Origin: Mobula hypostoma
Lineage: Eukaryota
Assembly: GCF_963921235.1 (NCBI RefSeq)
Contig: NC_086097.1
Location: 119,352,001-119,416,000, forward strand
Length of the DNA: 64,000 nt
Direction of reading: 5' to 3'
Under the pieces are notes generated by a model. The model had not been told where the DNA came from and did no database searches. It saw only the letters and a program-made list of their open reading frames with translations. Shown in pieces: positions 1 through 11,613 of this stretch (within the stretch, counting starts at the first letter, position 1; each line of letters starts with the position of its first letter). Position numbers and translations under genes: made by a program.

Positions 1-715
1 CGAGGACAAGACAAGACAAGACTAACACAAATGAACACCAGACAGTACCTATCTAGCTCCGGTGATGGAACTAGACCGAAGTGCAGATGGGGGCTGCAGA
101 CGAGGGCTAGAGGCAAGAGGGGCAGAGAAGGGATTCAGACAAGGGGGTAGGACAGGAATCACAGACCGCCAGGGCCAGGACTAGACTCAGAACTGGGAAG
201 CCGCCAGGACCTGGATTTGGACGTGGTACTTGGATGCCGCCAGAGCCAGGACGTGGACGTGGTACTTGGATGCTGCCGGAGCCAGGACGTGGTGCTTGGA
301 ACCTCCAGGTAGAGGCGAGCTCTAGACTTGGCCGGGGAACAGTAGACAGCAGCTCTTGATTCTCTCTGGCGGGTTAACTGATGGACCCACCTCGGTAAGG
401 AAACTTTGCAGGCTCGCTTTGGCGAGGTAACTGGACTGGGTTGCTCCGGTGAGGAAAGGTGAATTACCAGCACTCGCTTCAGGCGGAGACAAGGCTTGCT
501 CCGGCCAGATGACACTGGCACGCCGTGACTTTGCAGACTTTGCAGACGCTCCCACACCGAACCGCTGAAAGCCGGAGACTATAAACTACCGGTTCAGCCG
601 AGTGTTAATTGCCTTTAATCACCAAACTGAGGAACACGGGAAAACAGGGAATCAACGGTCCGGATCGTAACATAAACATGCTAAATTTAAAGGGACCCCG
701 ATCCGGACCATGACA
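1..715 (-). repeat. 3' LTR (partial)
   Basis: Copy of 1552-2374 with three fewer 36-bp units; preceded on minus by the PPT. Confidence 0.85.
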
Positions 716-899
716 GTACCCGCCTCCCAATGGGAGCCTCTAGGCGACCAACAGATTTGCCTGTATTATCGATGACCCGGGTGGGTGGGGGGGATTTGGC
801 CGGCAGGCAAAACAGAACAACACAACCTTGACTTTCAGGCTGACAAGAGTTTGGAAAAACAGTTTGTGTCTGCTCTGTCCATGTTTGGCGAGAGCATTC

Positions 900-2374
900 T
901 GTCACAATGGTGGGCCATTGGGAGCAAGGGTTGACCCAAATGCAAGACACATCTTGTTTGGTTACTTAGATTTAGTTTATTGTTTTAATCCCAAGAGAGC
1001 AGAGCAGAAGCAGGAATAGCGAACAGGATAAGGACTCAGGACTCTGACTAGGCTGGGACCAAGGGTCTGGACGTGGACTAGGAATCGGCTCCCAGAACTA
1101 GAGGAGACATGAAGAGGCTAGGGTATGGGCTCCGAGCCCGAGACTGGGCAAGGACCCAGTACCTGGGTCTTGCCTCGGGCTAGGACCCAGTACCTGGGTC
1201 TTGCCTTGGGCTCAGACCCAGAACCAGGCATGGACATGACATGGACTAGGGTGAGGGAACATGGAAAACAGAGCCTCGGTCTCGGGAGAGCAGGTACATG
1301 GAACCATGGACACATACACAGAACAGAGAGCCGGGACCCCTCCTTGGGTAGAGGACATAGGGCCGGGACTCACACACAAAACAGAGAGCCGGGACCCCTC
1401 CTTGGGTACAGGACATAGGGCCGGGACTCATGACCCCCTGCGGGGCAACGGCAAGACGGCCTGACTTAACCCACGGAGGCAAGGACAGGACAAGACAAGA
1501 CATGACACCCCAACGGGCAACGGCAAGATGGCCAGACTTACCCCATGGAGGCGAGGACAAGACAAGACAAGACCAACACGAATGAACACCAGACAGTACC
1601 TATCTAGCTTGGGTGATGGAACTAGACCGAAGTGCAGGCAGGGGCTGCAGACGAGGGCTAGAGGCGAGAGGGGCAGAGAAGGGATTCAGACAAGGGGGTA
1701 GGACAGGAATCACAGACCGCCAGGGCCAGGACTAGACTCAGAACTGGGAAGCCGCCAAGGCCAGGACTTGACATGGTACTTGAACGCCGCCAAGGCCAGG
1801 ACATGGACATCGTACTTGAACGCCGCCGGGGCCTGGATTTGGACATGGTACTTGGATGCCGCCGGAGCCAGGACGTGGACGTAGTACTTGAACGCTGCCA
1901 GAGCCAGAACGTGGACATGGTACTTGGATGCTGCCGGAGCCAGGATGTGGTGCTTGGAACCTTCGGGTAGTGCCGAGCTCTTGTCTCGGCCCGGGAACAG
2001 TAGACAGCAGCTCTTGATTCCCTTCAGCGGGTTAACTGACGGACCCACCTCAGTAAGGAAACTTTGCAGGCTCGCTTTGGCGAGGTAACTGGACTGGGTT
2101 GCTCCGGTGAGGAAAGGCGAATTACCGGAACTCGTTTCGGGCGGAGAGAGTGCATGCCCCGGCCAGATGACACTGGCATGCCATGACTTTGCAGACATTG
2201 CAGACACTCCCGCACCGAACTGCTGAAAGCTGGAGACTATAAACTACCGGTTCAGCCAAGTGTTAATTGCCTCTAATTACCAAAGTCGAGGGACATGGGA
2301 AAACAGGGAATCAACGGTCCGGATCATAACATAAACAAGCTAAATTTAAAGGGACCCCGATTCGGACCATGACA
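900..2374 (-). repeat. 5' LTR (~1475 bp) with internal tandem arrays (~30, ~58, ~73 and 36 bp units)
   Basis: TGTCA...TGACA termini. 1552-2374 aligns to 1-715. The left boundary at 900 is inferred from the terminal inverted repeat because the partner copy runs off the window. Confidence 0.75.
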
Positions 2375-4380
2375 GCATGTGGCATGGATAGCAATTCTGA
2401 GATCACAACTCTGGAGATCCTGCCCTTTAACTTATATTTGCTGATATTACTCTACTTCTTTTTGATGGATACAGCAGGTATAGAGTGGGTTTTGAGGGGC
2501 CCAGTGAAGAGTAACATTCTGACCTAAAGAATACATGAATGCCACATGTTCAAGTATACACTCACAACTGAGTGGATACACATGCAGGGGCAGACATACA
2601 CATACATGTGCTCCTCTCTTTCTCGCTCTCTCTCACACATACACAAACACACTCATACCAACATGCACTCAGGTATGAACACACACACACATACACTATA
2701 TTTTTTCCACAATGCATGTACCTTTCCAGAATAGAGCTTTTGGAAAAGACAGCTTGCTGCGTGAGTAGGGTCAACAATGTCATTTTTGTTCCCTTCCCGC
2801 TTCCGTCCTGAACACACGCAAGTCTCTTTATGACCATTTCCACTGACCTGACAGTTTGCTGTAATTTTCATATATTTTAAGAAGATGTTGCACCAAACCA
2901 GACCATAATAGTTTAAGTGATGCATTACCTCTCAGTCTCCAGATTGAACAATCTGCCACTATTGCGCCCTTCTGAGCAGCTCCATGATGTCTCCTTACAA
3001 CTTAAAATTTACTGTCTCACTCTCAACCACATGGCCCGTTTTGGATTATTTATCAATATTTTGATTATGGAACCACTATTAAGTGAAACCAGTAATACAT
3101 ATCATGAGAAGCAAAAGAAGATGCACAAAGTCCTGTAGAGCTCTAGGAAAGCCACTGTCCTTGGTAACTTTGTGAAATGAATCTGACTGCTTGCAATCCT
3201 GGTGTCGTGTAGTCCCTCTCTGGCTACCTATTTTCATTTCCATCACATCGCCTAACGCCACCTGTCTCCAGAAACATCTTCTGCTTAAACTCTTGACATA
3301 CCTTTTATTACCCTTGGATTTGATGATCTGAATTCACACTTGGGCAGTCTCACCTGTTCAACCACACAGTAATATACTGACCCTGAATGTTACTAGCCAT
3401 GCACCATCTTGCAGTGAATCATGTTTCACCCGCCACTCTTATTTTCGCTGTGCTGGAATCCTTTTAAGCAATACATGAAAAATCTCGCTCTTGCTTTTGA
3501 CTTGGTTTCCCATCCACCCATATCTCTGTAACTTTCACCAGCCCTCAAACAGTGCTCCTCCAATTATTGCAGCTTTGCTTCCAAATTTAATCCCTCTCTC
3601 ATTGATGGATATGCCTCCAATTATAAAATGTCTAAGAATTGAAATCCCTACCTTAAACCTGTCTGGCTCATTATCTCTTCTTTTTTAAGATATTCCTTAA
3701 GCTTTCTCTCTTTGAACAAAGTTTTAGTTGAGTTTTCCATCATCTTGTATGTTCAGTGTTGAATATTATTTGAAAATGAACCATAGGGCATCTTACTGCA
3801 TGAAAGCAGCTTACCATCAGGAAGCTACTCTACAGAGTTGAGGTCACACAAAACAGAATGGTTGAGTAACAGTACATCGAAGCTATAAGTTCAGAGGCTA
3901 TGCACCAAAATATTGTTAACTTGTTCTCTGAAGTATTTGGAAGGACTGGCATTAAACTCAACATGCACAAGACCATTGTCCTCTACCAATTAACCATCAC
4001 TGCACAACAGTAATGGTTTGTGGGGTTATCTTGGAAAATTTGGATCACTTCCATATTATGGGACTCACCTCTTGGCCAAGGCAGAGATCAGAGATAAAAT
4101 TGCCTATTGCCTTAAATGTACCAGCACAACATTTGTTCAATGAAGAAATCTCAGACCTGCCTGAGGCTTCTTACAAAACTCATAGTATACCAAACAGCAA
4201 TTATCTTTGCCTTCTTTGTCTCTGAGATCAGTACTGATGACATGTGAACTAATATCCAGGCCACTATACACAACATTGAGGACCTGGTTGCTCTCGGCTG
4301 GATATATTAGGCAGGTCATATCACTTGTATTCCTAATTGCAGACTCTCAGAATATACACTATATCCCATGCTCTGTCTTG

Positions 4381-5842
4381 CATAGAACAGTACAGCGCAG
4401 TACAGTACAGGCCCTTTGGCCCACAATGTTGTGCCAACCCTTAAACCCTGTCTCCTATATAACCCCCCACCTTAAATTCCTCCATATACCCATCTAGTAG
4501 TCTCTTAAATTTCACTAGTGTATCTACCTCCTCCACTGACTCAGGCAGTGCATTCCATGCACCAACCACTCTCTGAGTAAAAAACCTTCCTCTAATATCC
4601 CCCTTGAATTTCCCACCCCTTACCTTAAAGCCATGTCCTCTTGTATTGAGCAGTGGTGCCCTGGGGGAGAGGTGCTGGCTGTCCACTCTATCTATTCCTC
4701 TTAATATCTTGTATACCTCTCATCCTCCTTCTCTCCAGAGAGTAAAGCTCCAGCTCCCTTAATCTCTGATCATAATGCATGCTCTCTAAACCAGGCAGCA
4801 ACCTGGTAAATCTCCTCTGTACTCTATCCAATGCTTCCACATCCTTCCTATAGTGAGGCGACCAGAACTGGACACAATACTCCAAGTGTGGCCTAACCAG
4901 AGTTTTATAGAGCTGCATCATTACTTCACGACTCTTAAAACCTATCTCTCGACTTATGAAAGCTAACACTCCATAAACTTTCTTAACTACCCTGTCTACC
5001 TGTGAGGCAACTTTCAGGGATCTGTGGACATGCACCCCCAGATCCCTCTGCTCCTCCACACTTCCAAGTATTCTGCTGTTTACTTTGTACTCTGCCTTGG
5101 AGTTTGTCCTTCCAAAGTGTACCATCTCACACTTCTCCGGGTTGAACTCTATCTGTGACAATCCTCTACACTATCCACAACACCATCAACCTTTGTGTCG
5201 TCTGCAAACTTGCCAACCCACCCTTCTACCCCCACATCCAGGTTGTTAATAAAAATCATGAAAAGTAGAGGTCCCAGAACCAAACCTCGTGGGACACCAC
5301 TAGTCACAACCCTCCAATCCGAATGACCTCCCTCCACCACCACCCTCTGCTTTCTGCAAGCAAGCCAATTCTGAAAACCTGGCCAAACTTCCCTGGATCC
5401 CATGCCTTCTGACTTTCTGAATAAACCGACCGTGTGGAACCTTGTCAAATGCCTTACTAAAATCCATATAGATCACATCCACTACAATACCCTCATCTAT
5501 ATGCCTGGTCACCTCCCCAAAGAACTCTATCAGGCTTGTTAGACATGATCTGCCCTTCACAAAGCCATGCTGACTGTCCCTGATCAGACCATGATTCTCT
5601 AAATGCCCACAGATCCTATCTCTAAGAATCCTTTCCAACAGCTTTCCAACCACAGACATAAGCTCACTGGTCTATAATTACTCGGACTATCCCTACTACC
5701 TTTTTTGAACACGGAGACAACATTCGCCCCCCTCCAAATCTCCGGTACCATTCTCGTGGACAACGAGGACAGAATGATCCTAGCCAGAGGCTCAGCAATC
5801 TCTTCCCTCGCCTTGTGGAGCAGCCTGGGGAATATTCTGTCT
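4381..5842 (-). mobile_element. CR1/L3 LINE, 5'-truncated, frameshifted RT
   Basis: ORF fragments [61 protein letters not shown]1-type 3' end near 4381. Confidence 0.95.
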
Positions 5843-5916
5843 CGGCCCGGAACGTCGACTGTACCACTTCCTAGAGATGCTGCCTGGCCTGCTGCGTTCA
5901 CCAGCAACTTTTATGT
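5838..5916 (+). mobile_element. Penelope pseudo-LTR fragment starting inside the hammerhead
   Basis: Near-identical to 16728-16805 (GTCTCGGCCCGGAACGTCGACTGTACC...GCTGCGTTCACCAGCAACTTT). Confidence 0.85.
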
Positions 5917-6374
5917 CACATGGTCAAAAGTTTCAGTTGTTCAGACCAAACATCAGAATAAGGAAGAAACGTCATCTAAGTGACTTTGACAATGGAATGA
6001 TTGTTGATGCCATACGGGATGATTTGAGTATCTCAGAAGCTCCTGATGTCCTGGGATTTTCACTCACAAGAGTCTCTGGACAGAGAATGATGCAATAAAA
6101 CAAAAGAAAAATCCAGTGAGCAGCATTTCTGAAGGCAAAAACACCTTGTTAATGAGTGAGGTCAGAGCAGAATGACCAGTCTGGTTCAAGCTGACAGGAA
6201 GGCAACATCTCAAATAACCACACCTTACAACAATGATGCGCAGATTAGAATCTTGAACACACAGCACATCAGACATTGAAGCAGATGGGCTACAGCAGCA
6301 GAAGATCATGAACGTACACTGAGTGACCACTTTATTGGGTCCAGGAGGTGCTTAATAAAATGGACACTGATTGC
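5917..6374 (+). mobile_element. Tc1/mariner-derived MITE, partial
   Basis: Remnant of the Tc1 N-terminal HTH (LSDFDNGMIV..LSISEAPDVLGFS) and a TIR hairpin at 6317-6374; same family as 18055, 32827, 52964 and 60809. Confidence 0.8.
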
Positions 6375-7087
6375 ACTTCGAAGACAGAATGCTGTGCAAC
6401 TTTGAGATGGTGGTGTTCCTATGCACATGCTGTCCTTCTTGGCGGTAAGAGTTTGTGGGAAAGGGAACTTGCGTGAGGACTGGCCACTGCAAAATTCTAT
6501 CATGAGGCCCAAGGTACTGTGTGCAGCAGAACAAGCCTTCCATGTTAATCCTGGATTAAAGTTTTGCATGTGGAGTAGGGGAGGTCAGGTAAGCTTAATG
6601 GTTATGGTCCATTATTGAATGCTAAGGTGAGGAGGAGGGTCTGCGGAGAGTGTTTGGAAGGATAATGGAGATGAAGGATTCCAAATGAATTGTGCCATGA
6701 GCAGATGGGGTTGACACAGGGGTGTGGTGTTGAGGCCAATGTAAATTGATGGCAGGAGGAGCAGATGATCAACTGGGTTACAGTACCGTGGTCTGCAACT
6801 TATGGGCAATGCAATATTTAGAATCTACCCTTAGTTATGCTTCCTAAACATACTCACCAATGTGTATTATTCATTCCTTGAGATCTCATCAGACTAAAGT
6901 AAATATGAATATCTTAGCAATAATGGCAGATGAAGAACTAATGAAAATGTAACTAGCCAATCTCTGTAACAGGCACGTTCAGTCTAGAGGTTTGGTCGGA
7001 GGACATACTTCTGTACGTAATGTGACACATCTTTTATCAAAGGTGAATTTTCTGGCCTTTTTTTCTGAAGGATTTGTACAACATCAT

Positions 7088-7638
7088 AAATACAAGAGAT
7101 TCTGCAGATGTTGGAAATCCAGAGCAATACACACAAAATGTCAAGCAGCAGCTGCGGAGAGGAATAACCAGGTGATATTTTAGAATGTGGCCCTCCATTG
7201 GGATTGAAAAAGAAGGGGGAAGAAGCGGAAATAAGAAGCTGTGGGGGGTGGTGTAGGTGAAGCAGTACAAGCTGGCAGGTGATAGGTGAAGGCAGGTGTG
7301 AAGAAGAATGGGAGAGTGGAGATGAAGTGAAAAGCTGGGGGGTGGTAAGTGGAAGTGGTAAAAGGCTGAAGAAGATGGAATCTAATAGGAGAGGGGGCAG
7401 TGAATCATGGGAGAAAAGAAAGGAAGATGGGCACTAGAAAAGGGAAGAAAAGGGGCACTAAAGAGATTGATAGGCAAGTTTGAAGAAGCAGAAAGGGTAA
7501 AAGAGGACCCAGAATATGGAATAGAAGAAGAGAAAAAGATGTGGGATGGGGGTTGAGAAATTATCAGAAGTTAGAGAAATCAATGTCATGCCATCAGGTT
7601 TGAGGCTACCCAGATGGAATATAATTCCAACCTCAGTA
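7088..7638 (-). mobile_element. Degenerate Penelope-like 3' fragment (pLTR tail plus end of GIY-YIG ORF)
   Basis: Tail ACAAGAGATTCTGCAGATGTTGGAAATCC; 7560-7638 resembles 11665-11745. Confidence 0.7.
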
Positions 7639-10341
7639 AGAATTCCTTAGAAGAGTTTTGGGAAGAAGAACTTACAGCAGACTTGGAGGGAATTGTCTGC
7701 AAAATCACTCTTCCCCTGCACTGTAAGAACAATATATTCTGCAGTTTGGTATCTTAGTAATAACTTTCTATTTAATTACCATGTTTGAGCCAGAACTATG
7801 CAACATCATTTTACCTAGCTTAACAAGAAATCTTCACATGTAAGCTTCCCGGACTAGGCTTGAGATAAAATGCTGCAAAAAACCTGTAAATTGTGTTGCT
7901 AGACATGGTTCCAAATGCAGGGCTACAGGTTACTACAGCAACATAACACCAGGAATTTCCAGAAAAACTCAGATCAGGCAGGAGCTGTGTGGGGTGAGAA
8001 ATAGAGATAAAGGTTAGTGACATGTTATCAGGAATGGAACATTAACTCTGTTACTATTTTCAGAGCTTCTGCCTGACTTGCTAAGCATCTTCTGAATATT
8101 CTGGTTTATTTCAGGTGCTCAACATCTGCAATTCATTGTCAGGCATTCAACAGTACAATAAATTATGCTCAAGAAATTTGAAAGTGACCAAACTGAAATA
8201 GATATGTGGGCTATCTTTAGCGTTATAAAAGCAGAATGACAGCTCAATGAAATAAATTATCAGAGGGTTCCACGGTCACAAATTGAATATGGAATTTCGT
8301 ACATGGTACAAGATTTAGTGAATGTTGTTCAGAAGCATGCAGACAAGAAACCAGCACATGCAGATTAATAGACTCCAGGTGAACCAGTCTCTTACAGATG
8401 TCAGATTTGCATAGCATTACAAAAGGAATATGAAATTAGCCCTGATTGTAAAGGCTTGTTTATTCAGTGGCAAACGCTGAAAATAATGAAGATAAGAGAG
8501 GAATTTCAAAGACACAATCAAGCAAGGAAGATGAAATATACTCCGTCACATAAGGATGAGAATAAGAATTCAAAGAGCAGCATTGTGAGTCTTTGTCATG
8601 ATGCTATTTACAGACTGAGATTAGTCAGTGTCAAAGTGCAAATAAACAAGGTGATCTACCCATTCTGCCCAAGCTGATAGTCAAGCACTCATGTTTATGA
8701 TTCCCATTTGCTCAGACTTGAATCACAGCCTTCTATGATGCAGCTGCTTTATTACACGCTGAGGAAGCTGATGTTGTGTGAGGTGAGAAAAAGCTGAGAG
8801 CTAAAACAGTACTGAAGTAAATCTGATGAGCAAGATGTTCCATTAAGAGATAATATTAAACAGCAAGTGGAAGCTTGGGAAGCTGTCAGGAAAAAAAAGA
8901 GTTGTGAGATGTAAGACCATAAAACATGGGAGCAGAATTAGACTATTTGGCACCTCGAGTCTGGTCCACCATTTGATCATGGCTGATTTATTGTCCCTCT
9001 CAACCTGATTCCACTGCCTCTCTCCAGATTCTTTGACATTCTTACTAATCAAGAACCTTTTAAACTCTGCTTTAATTATACTCAATGACATGGTCTCCAC
9101 AGTGTCTGTGGCAATGAATTAACCAACCTCTGGTGTAAGATTTCCTCTTCATTTGTTTCAAAGGGAGATCCTTCTATCCTAAAGTTGTACCCTGTGATCC
9201 TAGACTATCCCATTATTAGAAATATCTTCACCACATCCACTCGATCCAGACCTTTTAATATTTGATAGGTTTTAATAAGATCTCACCACATTCTTCTAAA
9301 CTCCAGTGAGTACAGGCCCAGAGCCATCAAAAGGTCCTCATACGTTAATCTGATCACTCCTAGGATCATTTTCATGAACCTCCCCTCCCTGGACTCTCTC
9401 TAATGCCAGAGCATCCTTTCTTAGATAAGGGGACTAGAACTGCTCATGATACTCCAAATGTGGTCTGACCAATACCTTATAAAGCCTTGGCATTACAACC
9501 CTGCTTTTATATTCTAGCCCTCTTGAAATGAATGCTAATACTGCATTTGCCTTCCTTACCACCAATTCAATCTGCATGTTAACCTTTAGAATATCCAGCA
9601 CTAAACCCCCCAAGTCCCTTAATCCTCCCATTCCTGAGCTTGCTCCCTCTTTAGAAGAAAGTCTACACCTTTATTCCTTCTACCAAAATGCGTGTCCATA
9701 TACACTTCCTTACACAGTAATCCATCGATCACTTCTTTGCTCTTTCTCCTAATCTGTCCAAGTCCTTCTTCAGACTAGTTGCTTCCCCAACACTACCTGC
9801 CCCTCTACCTTTCTTTGTATCATCTGCAAATTTGTACACAAAGCGATCAATTCTGTTATCCAAATCACTAACATATATCGTGAAAAGCAGTGTACCCAAC
9901 AGAACACACTAATCACCAGCAGCCAACCAAAAAAGGCCCCCTTTATTCTCACTCTTTTCCAGCCTCCAGCCAGCCAATCTTCCATCCATTATAAGATCTT
10001 TCCTATAATACCATGTGTTCCCACCTTAGTTAGCAGCCTATGTGCAGCATTTTGTCAAAGGCCTTCCAAAAATCTAAGTAATTAACATCCACTGATTCTA
10101 CTTCGTTTACTCTGCCTGTAGATTCTCAAAGAATTCCAACAGATTTGTCAGGCAAGATTTCATCTGATGGAAACAATGCTGGCTTTGGCCTTGTTTACTC
10201 TTTATATATGAAAAGACTTTTGGCATCATCCTTTGTATTATTGGCTGGCTGAATGTCATATTTCAATTTTAATATCCTTACAACACACATAAAAATGCTG
10301 GTGAATGCAGCAGGCCAGGCAGCATCTATAGGAAGAGGTAC

Positions 10342-10377
10342 AGTCGACGTTTCGGGCCAAGACTCTTCGTCAGGACT
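10342..10377 (-). ncRNA. Minimal type-I hammerhead ribozyme motif in Penelope pLTR
   Basis: Minus: AGTC-CTGACGA-AGAGTCTTGGCCC-GAAA-CGTC/GACT. Core intact, one stem II mismatch. Confidence 0.8.
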
Positions 10378-10655
10378 AACTGAAAGAAGAGATAGTAAGA
10401 GATTTGAAAGCTGGAGGGGAGGGGGAGGGAATGGAGCTAAGTGCTGGAAAGTTGATTGGCAAAAGGGATATGAGGCTGGAGAAGGGAGAGGATCATGGGA
10501 TGGAAGGCCTAGGGAGAAAGAAAGGGGGAGGGGAGCCCAGAAGATGGGCAAGGAGTTGTAGTGAGAGGGACAGAGGGAGAAAAAAGAAAGAGAAAATAAA
10601 TAAACAAACAAACAAACAAACAAACAAATAAATAAATAAATAAATAGATAGATAG

Positions 10656-11613
10656 TGTTACGTACCCCGTAACTGGGTTGCCAAACCAGCAGAAATGGAT
10701 CACTCAGTTGGAGTCTGGATTACTAGAACTAAGAAAGTTTTATTAAAGAAACAAGCAACACAGTAATTGAAAGGATAATAAATGCAACAGTTCAGCAATG
10801 ATAAACACACATGTGCACAGAATTAAGATAACAGCATCAATCAAGCTCTATCGTTGTCTAGGGGTAAATGACCAATTTCAAAGTGACACAAAGTTCAGTC
10901 CGATTTAATAGTTCAGTTCGCAGTAATCGTTGCCATGGCGATGGACAACGTGGGGGGAGGGAGAGAGAGAGAACGGGAAGGACTGATCATTCAGAACGGC
11001 TTCCACTCACAGACCGGCGATATTGCTCACAAGCAGCTTTCGGGCGGGTCCTTTGTGATGTCACCTGAGATCACCGACTGTGACCCCTCCTCCAGATGCG
11101 GTCGATCCTCTGCAGTGAACCCGGCACCCAGGCAAGGGCGGACACACACCGGGTTCCCGCTGATCGTACCCTTCCACCCTGTGTGTTTATGGTCTGGTAC
11201 TTCCCACCGACTCGTGAGAGGCGCAACGCTTCCAGGGTCTCGTTACCTCAGGTGTCGTGTGTGTGCTGCCTTAGCGAACCTGTCCCTTTTTATCCCCTGC
11301 TGGGGTATCGCCTGTCGATCGCTTCAAACAGTTCAGGGTTCAAAGGGGGAGCCGCTCCAGACAGCTCTCTCTCTCCCGTCCCTTCATTACACATCTCCAG
11401 ATCGCCTGTCCATCACTTCAAACAGTTCAGGGTTCAAAGGGGGAGCCGCTCCAGACAGCTCTCTCTCCCGTCCCTTCATTACACATCTCCAGATGCTGCT
11501 CCATTGTTCCTTATCTCTCCTTCCCCTGAGGGCAGGTGGCAGACCAACTGCTGATGCCACTGACGCTAACCCAGGCCAGCAAACATCTTAATTTTATGTG
11601 TATTCTCGTCACA
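10656..11613 (-). mobile_element. Gypsy-type solo LTR (958 bp) with 4-bp TSD
   Basis: TGTTACG...CGTCACA termini; ATAG at 10652-10655 and 11614-11617. Its 3' end (minus) matches the 3' end of the LTR at 62664-63498. Internal ~93-bp tandem duplication 11309-11494. Confidence 0.9.

Larger units (their letters stand above)
1..2374 (-). mobile_element. Non-autonomous miniature LTR retrotransposon (Gypsy, sushi/chromovirus-like), truncated by the window start
   Basis: Direct repeats 1-715 and 1552-2374 both end in CCATGACA. PPT-like GGGAGGCGGGTAC (minus, 728-716) abuts the 3' LTR. The 184-bp interior begins GAATGCTCTCGCCAAAC-ATGGACAGAGCAGAC (gag-like MDRAD start) on minus. Confidence 0.8.

Noticed and set aside
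1752..1960. 36-bp periodic repeats resembling a CRISPR array
   Set aside because: Units are contiguous with no unique spacers, lie inside an LTR, and there are no cas genes; eukaryotic context.
159..2215. Multiple 60-165 aa ORFs in the LTRs
   Set aside because: GC-rich repeat-derived frames, not conserved in frame between the two LTRs.
2730..2760. Possible 31-nt micro-exon (CAG...GTGAGT)
   Set aside because: Weak pyrimidine tract, not frame-preserving, no supporting neighbours.
10935..11591. 218-aa ORF
   Set aside because: Lies antisense within a solo LTR, spans a tandem duplication, and has no recognisable domain.
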